A DNA stretch of 64,000 nt, from contig NC_043008.1 of NCBI RefSeq assembly GCF_006345805.1, positions 54,994,001 through 55,058,000 of the forward strand. The letters run 5' to 3'. Of this stretch, positions 39,959-52,949 are shown in pieces; position 1 is the stretch's first letter; each line of letters starts with the position of its first letter. Made by a program: the position numbers and the translations under genes. The notes beneath the pieces were generated by a model. It saw only the letters and a program-made list of their open reading frames with translations. It was not told the DNA's origin and made no database searches. This stretch comes from Octopus sinensis (lineage: Eukaryota).

Positions 39959-40261
39959 AATATATATATATATATATATATGGCGGAGTATGTGCGCGTG
40001 CGAGTGTATATGGGTGGGTGAGTGTGTGCGCGTGCGTGATGCATCCGGGTATATATCTGTCGTTGTTATTGTTATCATTATTATTATTATTATATTATTA
40101 TTAAGATAGCAGCGCATGCCATCAGAGTTATACTGGAGCTGTCAGACAGCAGAACACGGTGTTTCTAAATGTCTTGCTAGCTTGGCTAAAGCTTATTATA
40201 TTTCGTTTTTGGATTTGGCTTGCAAGATTCTTGCATGTGATGTTATGTAGATAGCTGTATG

Positions 40262-40545
40262 TAAGTTCCGAGGAGGTGGGGGTAATTACTTCCTGGAAAG
40301 GTCCTAGGAGGGGTGACTTACTTCCTGGAAATTCCAAGGAAGGGTGAATTACGACCTGAAAAGCTCTGAGGAAGGGGGGAGGGGGGATAATTACTTCCTG
40401 GAAAGGTCCTAGGAGGGGTGACTTACTTCCTGGAAAGTTCCGAGGGAGGGAGGAGTTACTTTCTGGAAAGTTCCGAGGGAGGGGGGAGAAATTACTTTCT
40501 GGAAATTACCGAGGAGGGGAAGGAATTACTTTCTGGAAATTGTCA
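40262..40545. repeat. Degenerate G-rich minisatellite (TTACTTCCTGGAAAG...GAGGGG)
   Basis: About 7 recognisable TTACTT(C/T)CTGGAAA units. Confidence 0.85.
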
Positions 40546-40647
40546 TCCATCATGTGTGTGCGTGTGTGTGTGTGTGTATTTATGCATGTATGTGTATACA
40601 CATATACACACACATACACACATATATATATATAATTACACACACAC

Positions 40648-40689
<42 letters not shown>

Positions 40690-40695
<6 letters not shown>

Positions 40696-40987
40696 ACCGA
40701 CCAGTTCATCAGATGTAGTTACACATCGCTGGTCACATTGCGTTCGCATTGTTTTAGCCTTCGAATGACGCCACCCCGCTGGCTAAGCGAGCAGGCCAAC
40801 AGAAGAAAGAGTGGGAGAAAGAGTGTTGAAAGAGTACAGCAGGGATCACCACCATCCCCTACCGGAGCCTCGTGGAGCTTTTAGGTGTTTTCGCTCAATA
40901 AACACTCACAACGCCCGGTCTGGGAATCGAAACCGCGATCCTACAACCCCGAGTCCGCTGCCCTAACCACTGGGCCATTGCACCTCC
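40690..40987 (-). mobile_element. SINE C variant with alternative 3' tail
   Basis: Same head as C; tail ...GGTCGGTCACGTGAT; second copy at ~37770-38025. Confidence 0.8.
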
Positions 40988-40996
40988 ACACACACA

Positions 40997-41027
<31 letters not shown>

Positions 41028-41051
41028 CAATATAATTAAACATACATACAT

Positions 41052-41144
<93 letters not shown>

Positions 41145-41855
41145 GGTACTGAAAAGCTCCTGGCTTTGAGTTTGAGTAAAAGAAAATACAAGAGGATCAG
41201 TTAATTATGATTTTATTCAACATATTCCCCTCTCAAATTCACCTACTTATTGCAACGATGCTTCAGTTTTTCTAAGCCCAGTAAAAGAAATCGGAATGTT
41301 GGGCCTCCAACCAGGCCTTTCAGAACATCGTAAAAGCCAGGAACTTTTCAGTACCCCCTCATATATATATTACTTTTTATCTCTTGCTTGTCCCAGTCAT
41401 TTGATTGCCGTCATGCAATATTTGGGACTTGAGATGAACGGATCAATCCTGGTACTTATTTTTAAGCAAGCAGGGTAAAACGGATTGAAATGAATGAAAA
41501 AAAAATTGAAAGAAATTCATACATATTCTTTTATTCGTTTCAGCAACGTGACTGTGGTCATGCTGGAGCACCACCGTGATTTTGTACATTTTCTTTGGCT
41601 GATTTTTTTCAGGATGGTAAGATTTCATATTATCACGCCTGTATGTGCATTTCCCACATCTGTACTTCATGCCGGGCCATCGGTCCATCTGATATTGTAG
41701 AGAATAGAATGACCAGTTCTTTTTTGAAGACATCCACATCCACATTGCACATGTATCTTTTTTTTTTTTTTTTTGGTGGGGGGGTATTGAAGAGCAGTGA
41801 GGCTTTGAACCCTAAGCTATTTACAGTATCTCCACTGACATTAGATGGGTCAGAG

Positions 41856-42508
41856 CAGTGCTTCTCAAACAATCTAATGTGGCGTACCAGCAGTTTTTTC
41901 CCCACTGTACCAGGGACCGGTAACAATTCTTAGTAATATTAATTTATACCGGAAACAATATATATAATGAATATAATAAAAGTTGGCAATTTTTTTTATC
42001 TTATATCTATTTCGTAAACAAATAATACAATATTATATAAGCATTTTATAATATTTCTTTCTGAGATTTATTATTGCTTGTTTACACTTTTTCGATATCA
42101 GTGTCTATCGATACTGGAAAAAAGGTTTAAGTATTTGTGAAGGGAACAACTGTGATTGTCACACGCCGATGACGGGTCAATATTCAGAAACTCGAGTCCA
42201 TGTGTATCATAAGTTGAAGACGGGAAGGATGGCTTCCCTTTGCAAATACTGATAGGGCACAGAAAGTGTGTCTATAGCCAGCTGGAGGAGGTGTCCTCCT
42301 GGGGCTACAAACTACAGTAGCATCCACCCTTAGGGGTTAGCCATATTTAAATGGCAAATATACGTCACAATATTTCTTTCTTTTCTGGAAACTCGCCGCG
42401 TACTGGCAGCGATGGACGGCAGGCGTTCGGCCGGCGGCGAACAGTCGACCCGGAACTGGTTCGGACTGGAGGAATCCGACTGTCTAACTAAAACTTTGAG
42501 TAGCACTG
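41856..42508. mobile_element. Non-autonomous hAT (Charlie-like) MITE
   Basis: TIRs CAGTGCTTCTCAAA / TTTGAGTAGCACTG; 8-bp TSD GGTCAGAG / GGTTAGAG; second partial copy ending at 62161. Confidence 0.88.
42416..42494 (+). rRNA. 28S rRNA gene fragment (~79 bp, non-functional) inside the MITE
   Basis: TCGGCCGGCGGCGAACAGTCGACCCGGAACTGGTTCGGACTGGAGGAATCCGACTGTCTAACTAAAAC vs recalled eukaryotic LSU ...CAGCCGACTTAGAACTGGTGCGGACCAGGGGAATCCGACTGTTTAATTAAAAC. Confidence 0.85.
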
Positions 42509-42927
42509 GGTTAGAGGATACCATTGGGTATTTCATAACCCAACGGGCAGTTCTATAACACTCTCTGCTGAAATTAGATACTAACTGTTTCAGAATTTAT
42601 CATATGTACATTATTACACACCTGTCGCATCTTCAATCAAGAGAGTGAAGCCGTAGTTTTTTCACCCTCTTCCTGAAGTTCATCTGTAACTGTCATTTGA
42701 GTGTCGTGACGTTGGCTCAATTCAGGATCCGCTATTAGCTTGGCACTATGTTGTGACCACAGTTGAGAACAGTACTCCGGGCGGTGGGTTGGATATATAT
42801 ACATATACATATGTATATATGTATGTATATATATATATATATATAATATATATATATATATACTATATATATACATGTATTATATATGGTATTTATATAG
42901 ATATATATATATATAATATATATATAT

Positions 42928-42962
<35 letters not shown>

Positions 42963-42991
42963 CTATATATATGGTAGATTATATATATATA

Positions 42992-43040
<49 letters not shown>

Positions 43041-43186
43041 TATATATGGATGTATCGTATGTAATGTGGTAAATATATATTATGTGTGTGTGCGCGCGCG
43101 TCGTATTGTGTCGATGTGTGTAATATATATGTGTATATATATATATATATAATATATATATATTATATATATATATATATATATAG

Positions 43187-43219
<33 letters not shown>

Positions 43220-43471
43220 GTATGTATGTATATTTCTTCTACAAAAACATTATTGACAATAACTTCCAACTTTCGACCAGTCTGAGGATGGGTTAGCTGG
43301 TCGAAACTTCGAAGTTGCTATCAATAATATCCTTGTTTCAGAATAATTTGTACTCTACAAAAGTATTGAGTCACCCTCCAGACAAATAAACATAGAAAAC
43401 GTGCGTTTAGACACACACACACAGATAGATAGACATGTGTGTGTGTGTGTGCGTATATTTATTTGTGTATT

Positions 43472-43503
<32 letters not shown>

Positions 43504-43974
43504 GATCGATATTTTGAAAACAAAAGAGTGTACTATTTATAGACAGGCAGATACGCCGACAGACAGCGGCTAAAATTCTATAAAAATTGAAGACACAATA
43601 CTAGAGTTTACAGTCGAAGGGAGGTAAGTCACATCAAGGGAATTAACTCTGGATAACATTTGGAACAAAAATAATTCGGAAAACGAGTTGTGGAAATTCC
43701 CGAATAGTGCGGACTTACAATTTAACTCGTTATTCAAAATTATAATAACTTATTGAAAGCATGTGTAGAAACTAAATCTCGCTTAAATATCACTCAACAC
43801 ACTTTACGAAGGAAAGGTAAAGAAAGGAACATTAGATAATGGTGATCGTAGAATAATTCTAATAAGATGAGATGGTCGCGGTTGTCATGGCGCTTATCTT
43901 ATATCTGCTCGATCAGACCTTGACCGGGAGCGCTAAACAACAACCAATACCTCAAGCTGCACCTCGAAATAAAA

Positions 43975-45045
43975 AGAACAGATCCTATGCGTTATAGATC
44001 TTTCCTGCAATCAGACCTGGATACAATGTAACAGTGGATCTCTGACTGACAACTCAGGCTAGTTGTGGACAAGTGCGTCACCATGCATTTTGGGAGAAAA
44101 AAATCCAGCCTTTACATACTCCCTAAGCAATACCAATCTCAAGAAGTCTTCAAGCGGACGTGATTTGGGCACCACTGTAGACAACGATCTGCGTTGGACA
44201 AACCACATCCCTGAGATTGTCAAGAAGGCTGAGAGGGTTCTAGCATCACTCAATAAGACCTTTATCAGCCGCTCTCTAGCTATCTATTTAAAATTGTATA
44301 CGACAATGGTACGTCCACACTTGGGTACCTTTTTGGTACAAACGCTCGCGGACTTGCTTATAAGGCGGCGAGCTGGCAGAATCGTTAGCACGCCGGGCGA
44401 AATGCTTAGCCGTATTTCGTCTGCCGCTACGTTCTGAGTTCAAATTCCGCCGAGGTCGACTTTGCCTTTCATCCTTTCGGGGTCTATAAATTAAAGTACC
44501 AGTTACGCACTGAGGTCGATGTAATCGACTTAATACCTATGTCTGTCCTTGTTTGTCCCCTCTATGTTTAGCCCTTTGTGGGTAATAAAGAAATGGGTAC
44601 GTCCACACTTGGAATTTGCATCTCCAGTCTGCAATCCCTATCTTGCTCAGCGTATAAATCTCCTGGAGACTGTTCAGAAACGTGCAACCAAACGAATACC
44701 CCCCCCCCCCCCCCCCCCGTCAGACATCTACCATACTCTGAAATTTTTGTTTCCCTGAACATGGATACATTGAAACTCGGACGTCCGGCAACTGACTTGC
44801 TAGACACTCACAAGATTATCCACCATCTTTCCAACAACAACCTTGGGTACCTTCTTGGCACAAACGCTCGCGGACTTGCTTATAAAATCAAAAAACAACA
44901 CAGCACCCATGACTTTCGGAAACATTTTTTCTCGCTCAGAATTGCTGAAGCATGGAATAAACTACCCGCATCAGTTGTTAGCTGTCGAGACACTAAATCC
45001 TTCAAAACTTGCATGCTTCCTGAAATTCGCCAACAGTACACCTGA
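43975..45045 (+). mobile_element. CR1/L2-group LINE, 3' RT/tail relic, interrupted by SINE A (44364-44594)
   Basis: LQSDLD...DKC..MHFG...DLG...D..L.W..HI...VKKA.R.L...Y.TMVRPHLEFAS.V.NPY....LE.VQKRATK...R.HFFS.R....WN.LP. Confidence 0.9.
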
Positions 45046-45165
45046 TGGCCTATTTTTTTTCTTTAGTTGTAGTACACCTGAGCACTGAAGGCAACATTTT
45101 CCTTCATCATTATAACGTTATAACAGTTTTATCAATTTTATATCGCAAAATGTAAATACTATTTC

Positions 45166-45391
45166 TTTTCTAGCCACAAGGGGCTAAACACAGAGGAGAC
45201 AAACAAAGCCAGACACACGGATTAAGTCAACTATATCGACCCCAGGGCGTAACTGGTACTTAATTTATCGACCCCGAAAGGATGAAAGGCAAAGTCGACC
45301 TCGGCGGAATTTGAACTCAGAACGTAACGGCAGTCGAAATACGGCTACGCATTTCGCTCGGCGTGCTAACGTTTCTGCCACCTCGCCGCCT
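45166..45391 (-). mobile_element. SINE family A
   Basis: Full consensus match; further A copies at 46166-46388(+), ~16750-16960(+) and 2955-3130(-). Confidence 0.88.
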
Positions 45392-46040
45392 TTATATGCA
45401 AATACTAAATACTAGTATGTAAAATACTAACTGTAAATACTAGCGTCATCAGCAACACCCATATCATCTTCTCGATAATAACTTCGTTGATTAAAAGGTT
45501 TTCAGTGCATTACTCTACCAATGCCATCTTTGATGAGAAGAGCGACAGGGAATTGTTTCCGCATTGCGGTTACCATGCGGAACATATACTACGATGTACT
45601 TTAATTCGAAATCACCGGCATGTTGCCTGTTTCTCATATTTCGTCGATCTACAATGATTTTCCACAATATTTCTGTCTACAAACAAGATGTATTAGTCAT
45701 TCCCGAATCATTAGTTACATACGCTGGGCCCAAAGTCGTGCGTAATGAGATTGATCCCCAAAATCCATAGTTACGAAGCATAATTGTTCCCCGATATAAT
45801 TATGCCTGCAGCTTATATATTGGTGTATAAACATACGCATAATCACGCTGTGTTTATTCTAGAAGTATTTTGTTGAAATTTATGAGATTCTAATGCAATC
45901 TCGAGGCCTGGCGACAATCTCACGACACCGCATTTTGCAGAATTTTTGTTGCCGACAGATGCCATATGTTAACACGAGTTAATGCTTTTCCCCGCCCTCG
46001 ATTTGAGTTACCTCCCTTAGACTGTAACATAAACCATCAT

Positions 46041-46077
<37 letters not shown>

Positions 46078-47501
46078 AGAATAAAGGGCAAAGTGTGCAG
46101 TCTAATGATTGTGTGTGTGTGTGTGTGTGCGTGCGCGTGTGTGTGTGCATGCGTGCGTGTGTGTGAGCTGGCAGAAACGTTAGCACGCCGGGCGAAATGC
46201 GTAGCCGTATTTCGTCTGCCATTACGTTCTGAGTTCAAATTCCGCCGAGGTCGACTTTGCCTTTCATCCTCTCGGGGTCGGTAAATAAAGTACCAGTTAC
46301 GCACTGGGGTCAATGTAATCGACTTAATACCTATGTCTGTCCTTGTTTGTCCCCTCTATGTTTACCCTTGTGGGTAATAAAGAAATTGGTATGCTCATAC
46401 ACATTACATACTGACACACATCACATGAAATTTCGAAAAAAAATGTGATCTGTACGAGTCCACTAATTTTCTTTTTCGTATGAAATTTCCATATAATCGA
46501 AATCTACATACTCTGAAAGACATTTACTCTTTTGCTGGAGCACTACCTTTAGTTGAGCAAATCGACCCCAGGACTTATTCTTTGTAAGCCTAGTACTTAT
46601 TCTATCGTTTTCTTTTGCCGAAAACACACCAGCATCGGTTGTCAAGCAATGTTGGGGGGACACAAACACAGACACACAAACATATATACACACACACATT
46701 CATATACATAAATACATATATACGACGGGCTTCTTTCAGTTTCCGTCAACCAAATCCACTCACAAGGCTTTGGTCGGCTCGAGGCTATAGTAGAAGAAAC
46801 TTGCCCAAGGTGCAACGCAGTGGGACTGAACCCAGAACCATGTGGTTGGTTAGCAAGCTACTTACCACACAGCCACATTTGTAGAAAATTTAATTAAAGG
46901 GCACCCATTTTTCCGAAAGTTACGAAGTAATAAATCTAACTCGAGTGAATTCACCACAGCCTCACAAAAAAATTGGGGTTTTTTTTTACTTTTCACATTA
47001 AATTTCGACATAATTGTAATCGGCACTATCTGAAGCGTATTTATAGAAAATTTCATTAAAAGATGTTCATTTTTCTGGAAGTTATGGGGAAACAAATTTG
47101 GTGTGTGGGACACGCTTGTGTAGGTATACCCTTAGCGGTTCGGCGGAAAAAAGGACAACAAAATAAGTATCGAACCTTAAAATAAATCCAAGGGTCGATG
47201 TGTTCGAGTAAAAGCCGCAAAACGGTAATAATAAGGAACGAAGAAGAAGAAGAAGAAGAAGAAGGAGGAGGAGGAGGAGGAGGAGGAGGAGAAGAGAAGA
47301 AGGAGAAGAAGAAGAAGAACAACAACAACAACAACAAGGAGAAGAAGAACAAGAAGAAGAAGAAGAAGAAGAAAAGGAGAAGGAGGAGGTGAGGGAGTAG
47401 GGGAGGAGGAGAAGAAGCAAAGGGAGGAGAAGGCGCAAGAGGGAGAGAAGAAGCAAGGGAGGAGAAGGCGAAGGAGGAGGTGTCATTTCAGTTGGAGACT
47501 C

Positions 47502-47558
<57 letters not shown>

Positions 47559-47834
47559 CGAGAGAAAAAGAGACAGGGACTGTATATGTGTGTATGTGTG
47601 TGTTTGTCACCGTAACCAGTAAGAGAAGAAGAATATTTATAGATATGTCTGAGTGCAATACCTCCCTCAGGAATTTACACTTGAGCCTCAAAATGCTAAC
47701 CTGGCTTTTATATTATGACAAAACAAAACAACATTTCACGCCGTCACGACCTTTTGTCAAATCACACTAATTTGGGTTTCAGAATTAGCTCCCTTACATT
47801 ACTGGGTCTGAATCTATTCATGAATTTTACTCTT

Positions 47835-47875
<41 letters not shown>

Positions 47876-47923
47876 CTCTCTCTCTATCTAACTGTCTGTC
47901 TATTTTTCTTTCTATCTATTTAT

Positions 47924-47955
<32 letters not shown>

Positions 47956-48351
47956 GTCTATCTTTCTTTCTTTTTATTTATCTCTCTCCCTCTCTCTCTA
48001 TCTATCTATCTGTCTACCTTTCTTTCTATCTATTTATCTCTCTCTCTCTCTCTCTCTCTCTCTTACTCTCTCTCTCACTATCTATATATTTATCGAACGA
48101 TCCTTATCGATTTATCTGTGTCTCTATCTTTCTCTCTATCTGTCTATAATTCTCTTTCTGTCTCTCTATCTCTCTCTATTTCTCTTTATTTCTACCTCTC
48201 TATCTCTTTTCATTGAGACTGTAAATTTTTTTCCTGTTTCGATCTCTTTTATAAATCTCTGAGCTGGGAGATTCACAAGGAAGATACTTAAGCTATGCTT
48301 CTATAACTCTGAGGTTGTTATAACGGCTGATTGGGGACCACTTTATATATA

Positions 48352-48426
<75 letters not shown>

Positions 48427-48521
48427 CAATATAGGGTGGCAAAAAATTTTGTAGAATTTTTTTGCCACCAGCGGCCTAGTGGGAAAAAATTAAATAGTCA
48501 TAGACCATTTTTAAGTTCAAC

Positions 48522-48709
48522 ATCACAATCAAGGAACGGCCATAATAGGCCATTCACCCACTAGAAATAACTGCCAAAAGCTTCAACCGCAAAATAACAT
48601 CATGTTTTTTAATTTTCTCCTGGTTTACGGAATTGATGTTATTTTGCGGTTGAAGCTTTTGGCTGTTATTTCTAGTGGGTGAATGGCCTATTATGGCCGT
48701 TCCTTGATT

Positions 48710-48714
<5 letters not shown>
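48522..48714. repeat. Fold-back element, 81-bp near-perfect arms with 31-bp spacer, in (TA)n
   Basis: 48522-48602 vs 48634-48714, one mismatch seen. Confidence 0.92.
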
Positions 48715-48745
<31 letters not shown>

Positions 48746-49803
48746 CAAGACGCTTAACGTCATGTTGAATGTGCATGTATGTTGAAGATAAGTTTGTCTT
48801 CTTTTCCACCGCTATAAAAACAGTTTCACAATTGCAGAAATAAATTTCATTAACAGGTTGGAAAGAAGTGAAGAAAACGAAAATATTTACTACATTGATT
48901 TATTTTAGACATGGCCTAGACCAATCTTTGGTCGAACAAATATGTCATTGTTGGATTTAAGTAAGAGACATGGCATTAAAATAGCCAATATCTCAAAGTT
49001 AGTTAAGTTAAGTTAAGTTAATTTTTTGGCTCAAAGGATTGAGTGTTGTGGAGTTTAGTAACAACCAGCGATCACTGATTAATTTCCCCAAAATAAGGGT
49101 TTTTATAACTGCTCATACCTGAATTCTAAGAACCGTATTTCGTGAAAGAAATTCTCTTTGACGAAAGTTTGGAATTGGAATATGGGCAGTAATTTTAATC
49201 ATGGGAAACCAATAATTATACTTGTTCGGGCAACATGACCATTACATCATATTACATATGATGATAAACATACGCATAACCACACTGTGTTTATTCTCGA
49301 AGTATTTTATTGAAATTTATGAGATTCTAAAAAGCAATCTCGAGGCCTGACGACAATCTCAAGACCGCATTTTGAAGAATTTTTCTTGGCAGATTCCGAT
49401 TTGAGTTCCCTCCCTTAGACTTACAATAAACCGTTGTTTTGCAAGACTTTTGATTTTAGTATATATATTGAGAGAAAGAGAGACAGACAGACAGATAGCG
49501 AGGGAGGGAGAGAGAGAGAAACAGACAGACAGGGAGGGAGGGAGGGAGGAAGAGAGACAGACAGATAGATAGGGGGGAAGGAGAGAGAGAGAAACAGACA
49601 GACAGGGAGAGAGGGAGGGAGGGAGAGAGAGAGACAGACAGACAGAAGGGAGGGAGGGAGGGAGAGAGAGAGAGAGACATACAGACAGAGAGGGAGGGAG
49701 GGAGAGAGACAGACAGACAGACAGAGAGGGAGGAAGGGAGGGAGAGAGAATTAGTATTAGGGCAATTTGTGCAGTCTAGTGACTGAAACAAAATATGAAA
49801 GAT

Positions 49804-49839
<36 letters not shown>

Positions 49840-50224
49840 CATGCGTGCGTGCGTGCGTGCGTGTGTGTGGGGGGGGTTGCGTCCGTGCCCACCACCGCTT
49901 GACAACCGACGCAAGCGGAGCATACTTAGAAATGCGGTCACACACACGATTTTGTTGCCTCATAACTTCCAGAAAAATTAATGTCTTGTAACGAAATTTT
50001 CTACAAATACGCTTCAGATGGTGTAGATTAAGATTTTATCTAAATTTAATATGAAAAAGAAATTGGCATGCTCATACACACAAGTGTCCGGGAACAGGGG
50101 GTGCAGCGGGTGCACCTGCACCCCCTAGAATTTTCAGGGGTTGCAAGATCAAAATTTGCACCCCTACATAATCTTATCAGCTTCAAAAAAAGTGTCTAAA
50201 ATCTGTCGGTATAAAATGCTTAGA

Positions 50225-50640
50225 AGGCGGCGAGCTGGCTGAAACGTTAGCACGTCGGGCGAAACGCTAAGCGGTATTTCGTCTGCCGTTACGTTGTGAG
50301 TTCAAATTCCGCCGAGGTCAACTTTGCCTTTCATCCTTTCGGGGTCGATAAATTAAGTACCAGTTACGCACTGGGGTGGTTTTAATCGACTTAATACCTA
50401 TGTCTGTCCTTGTTTGTCCCCTCTATGTTTAGCCCCTTGTGGGTAATAAAGAAATAGGTATTTCGTCTGCCGTTACGTTCTGAGTTCAAATTCCGCCGAG
50501 GTCAACTTTGCCTTTCATCCTTTCGGGGTCGATAAATTAAGTACCAGTTACGCACTGGGGTGGTTTTAATCGACTTAATACCTATGTCTGTCCTTGTTTG
50601 TCCCCTCTATGTTTAGCCCTTTGTGGGTAATAAAGAAATA
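50225..50640 (+). mobile_element. SINE family A dimer with 15-bp TSD
   Basis: GGTATAAAATGCTTA at 50208-22 and 50641-55. Confidence 0.93.
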
Positions 50641-50846
50641 GGTATAAAATGCTTAAGTTCGCTCTCGTTTCAAAACAAAAAATAATTAAATAAATAAAAG
50701 TGATGAAGCTGGCATAAAATTCCCTAGGGAGTTTATGACCCCTAACTTCTGAAGGAAAGTAGTATCAAAATACAAAAAAATAAGTGACAATGACAACAGT
50801 AGGAGCAACAATAACAACAACAAAACCAGCATTACTTGAATTATTT

Positions 50847-51243
50847 ATTTCTTTACTGCCCACAAGGGGCTAAACATAGAGGGGACAAACAAGGACAGAC
50901 AAAGGAATCCCAGTGCGAAACTGGTGCTTTATTTATCGACCCCGAAAGGATGAAAGGCAAAGTCGACCTCGGCGGAATTTGAACTCAGAACGTAACGACA
51001 GACGAAATACCTATTTCTTTATTACCCACAAGGGGCTAAACACAGAGGGAACAAACAAGGACAGACATAGGTATTAAGTCGATTACATCGACCCCAGTGC
51101 GTAACTGGTACTTAATTTATCGACCCCGAAAGGATGAAAGGCAAAGTCGACCTCGGCGGAATTTGAAGTCACAACATAAGGCAGACGAAATACCGCTAAG
51201 CATTTCGCCCAGCGTGCTAACGTTTCTGCCAGCTCGCCAGCTC
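50847..51243 (-). mobile_element. SINE family A dimer with TSD
   Basis: GCATTACTTGAATTATT on both sides. Confidence 0.9.
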
Positions 51244-51818
51244 GCATTACTTGAATTATTGAAGACAGCTGCCACCCAGCTAGAATGTGTAACTCTCTCT
51301 TTCTGTCTGTCTGTCAATACCTCTCTCCATCTTTCAGTACCACTCCCAAGTTCTTTGTAACTGGTTGAATGGATTCGACCGTTTTGACCCCAGTCTAAAA
51401 ATAAAACCCTTTCAAAATTCTTTCAGTCAAAACGATTTTCTCATATGGGTTGTTAAGTCCAAAATGGGCATGAAAAAGTTGTTTGAATGTAAAAACTTTG
51501 AAAGGAAACGTTTAACTATAAATAATTGCAAACCGAAATTACGAAAATAAATTTGTAAAGCCAGACATCCGCTTCTATTCTTACTCAGTGGTACCCCACA
51601 CAGCTTTCAACATTTGGTGGACTTCCAATCCTCTTCTTTGTAAAACAGGCGCAGGAGTGGCTGTGCGGTAAGTAGCTTGCTAACCAACCACATGGTTCCG
51701 GGTTCAGTCCCACTGCGTGGCATCTTGGGCAAGTGTCTTCTGCTATAGCCACAGGCCGACCAATGCCTTGTGAGTGGATTTGGTAGATGGAAACTGAAAG
51801 AAGCCTGTCGTATATATG

Positions 51819-51849
<31 letters not shown>

Positions 51850-52949
51850 TTGTGTGTCTGTGTTTGTCCCCCTAGCATTGCTTGACAACCGATGCTGGAG
51901 TGTTTATGTCCCCGTCACTTAGCGGTTCGGCAAAAGAGACCGATAGAATAAGTACTGGGCTTACAAAGAATAAGTCCCGGGGTCGATTTGCTCGACTAAA
52001 GGCGGTGCTCCAGCATGGCCGCAGTCAAATGACTGAAACAAGTAAAAGAGTAAAAGAGTATCTATTTCTATCGTTCTTTCTCTCTACACATCTTCTTTTC
52101 TCTCTTTACTACCTTTCATTTCTTCCTGTCTCCATCACTGTTAACCACCTCCTGTCAACCTTTGTTGCCTTCTTTCTCTACACTTCCTCTTTCTTTCTGC
52201 TTGCACTCCCCCCCCCCGTCAATGGGTCTTTCCCCCCTCCCGTCCACCTTTTTGGTGCAAAACGACCATTCAATATCCCATACCATTATCTGCTTGACCA
52301 CTGCCTGGTTAAGTGCCTTTTTTTTTTTTCAACTCCAGCCTAGCATTCACTTCAGCCTTGATTCTCCTTTTCATATTTCATTCAATCTTTACTTTCCCAG
52401 ACCAGAAAGTCCTCAGGTGTGAATCTTGGCTGGTGGGGGTGCTTGCCTCTCCTTCACAAATATAAGGACACAGGAAATGTGTCAAAGCCAACAGGAAGTG
52501 TCGATGCTTCCTAGGGCTAAACAGCGGTGGTGTAATTCCTATACAGGACTGTCACATTATGTTGACAGTATACAACCACTCTATTGCTCCACCACCGCTC
52601 ATGTCTCTTTGAGACATTTAGAAATTTAATATTTCTAATTACGGTGACCAGTGAATAGATTTCACTGTGTGGTAAGTAGCTTGCTAACCAACCACATGGT
52701 AGACGGAAACTGAAAGAAGCCTGTCGTATATGTATATATATATAAGTGTGTGTGTATATGTTTGTGTGTGTGTGTTTGTCCTCATCACTTAGCGGTTCGG
52801 CAAAAAGACCGATAGAATAAGTACTGGGCTTACAAAGAATAAGTCCCGGGGTCGATTTGCTCGACTAAAGGCAGTGCCGCAGTCAAATGACTGAAACAAG
52901 TAAAAGAGTATATTTGTGAAGGCTAGACAGGCACCTCGGTCAGCAGGTC

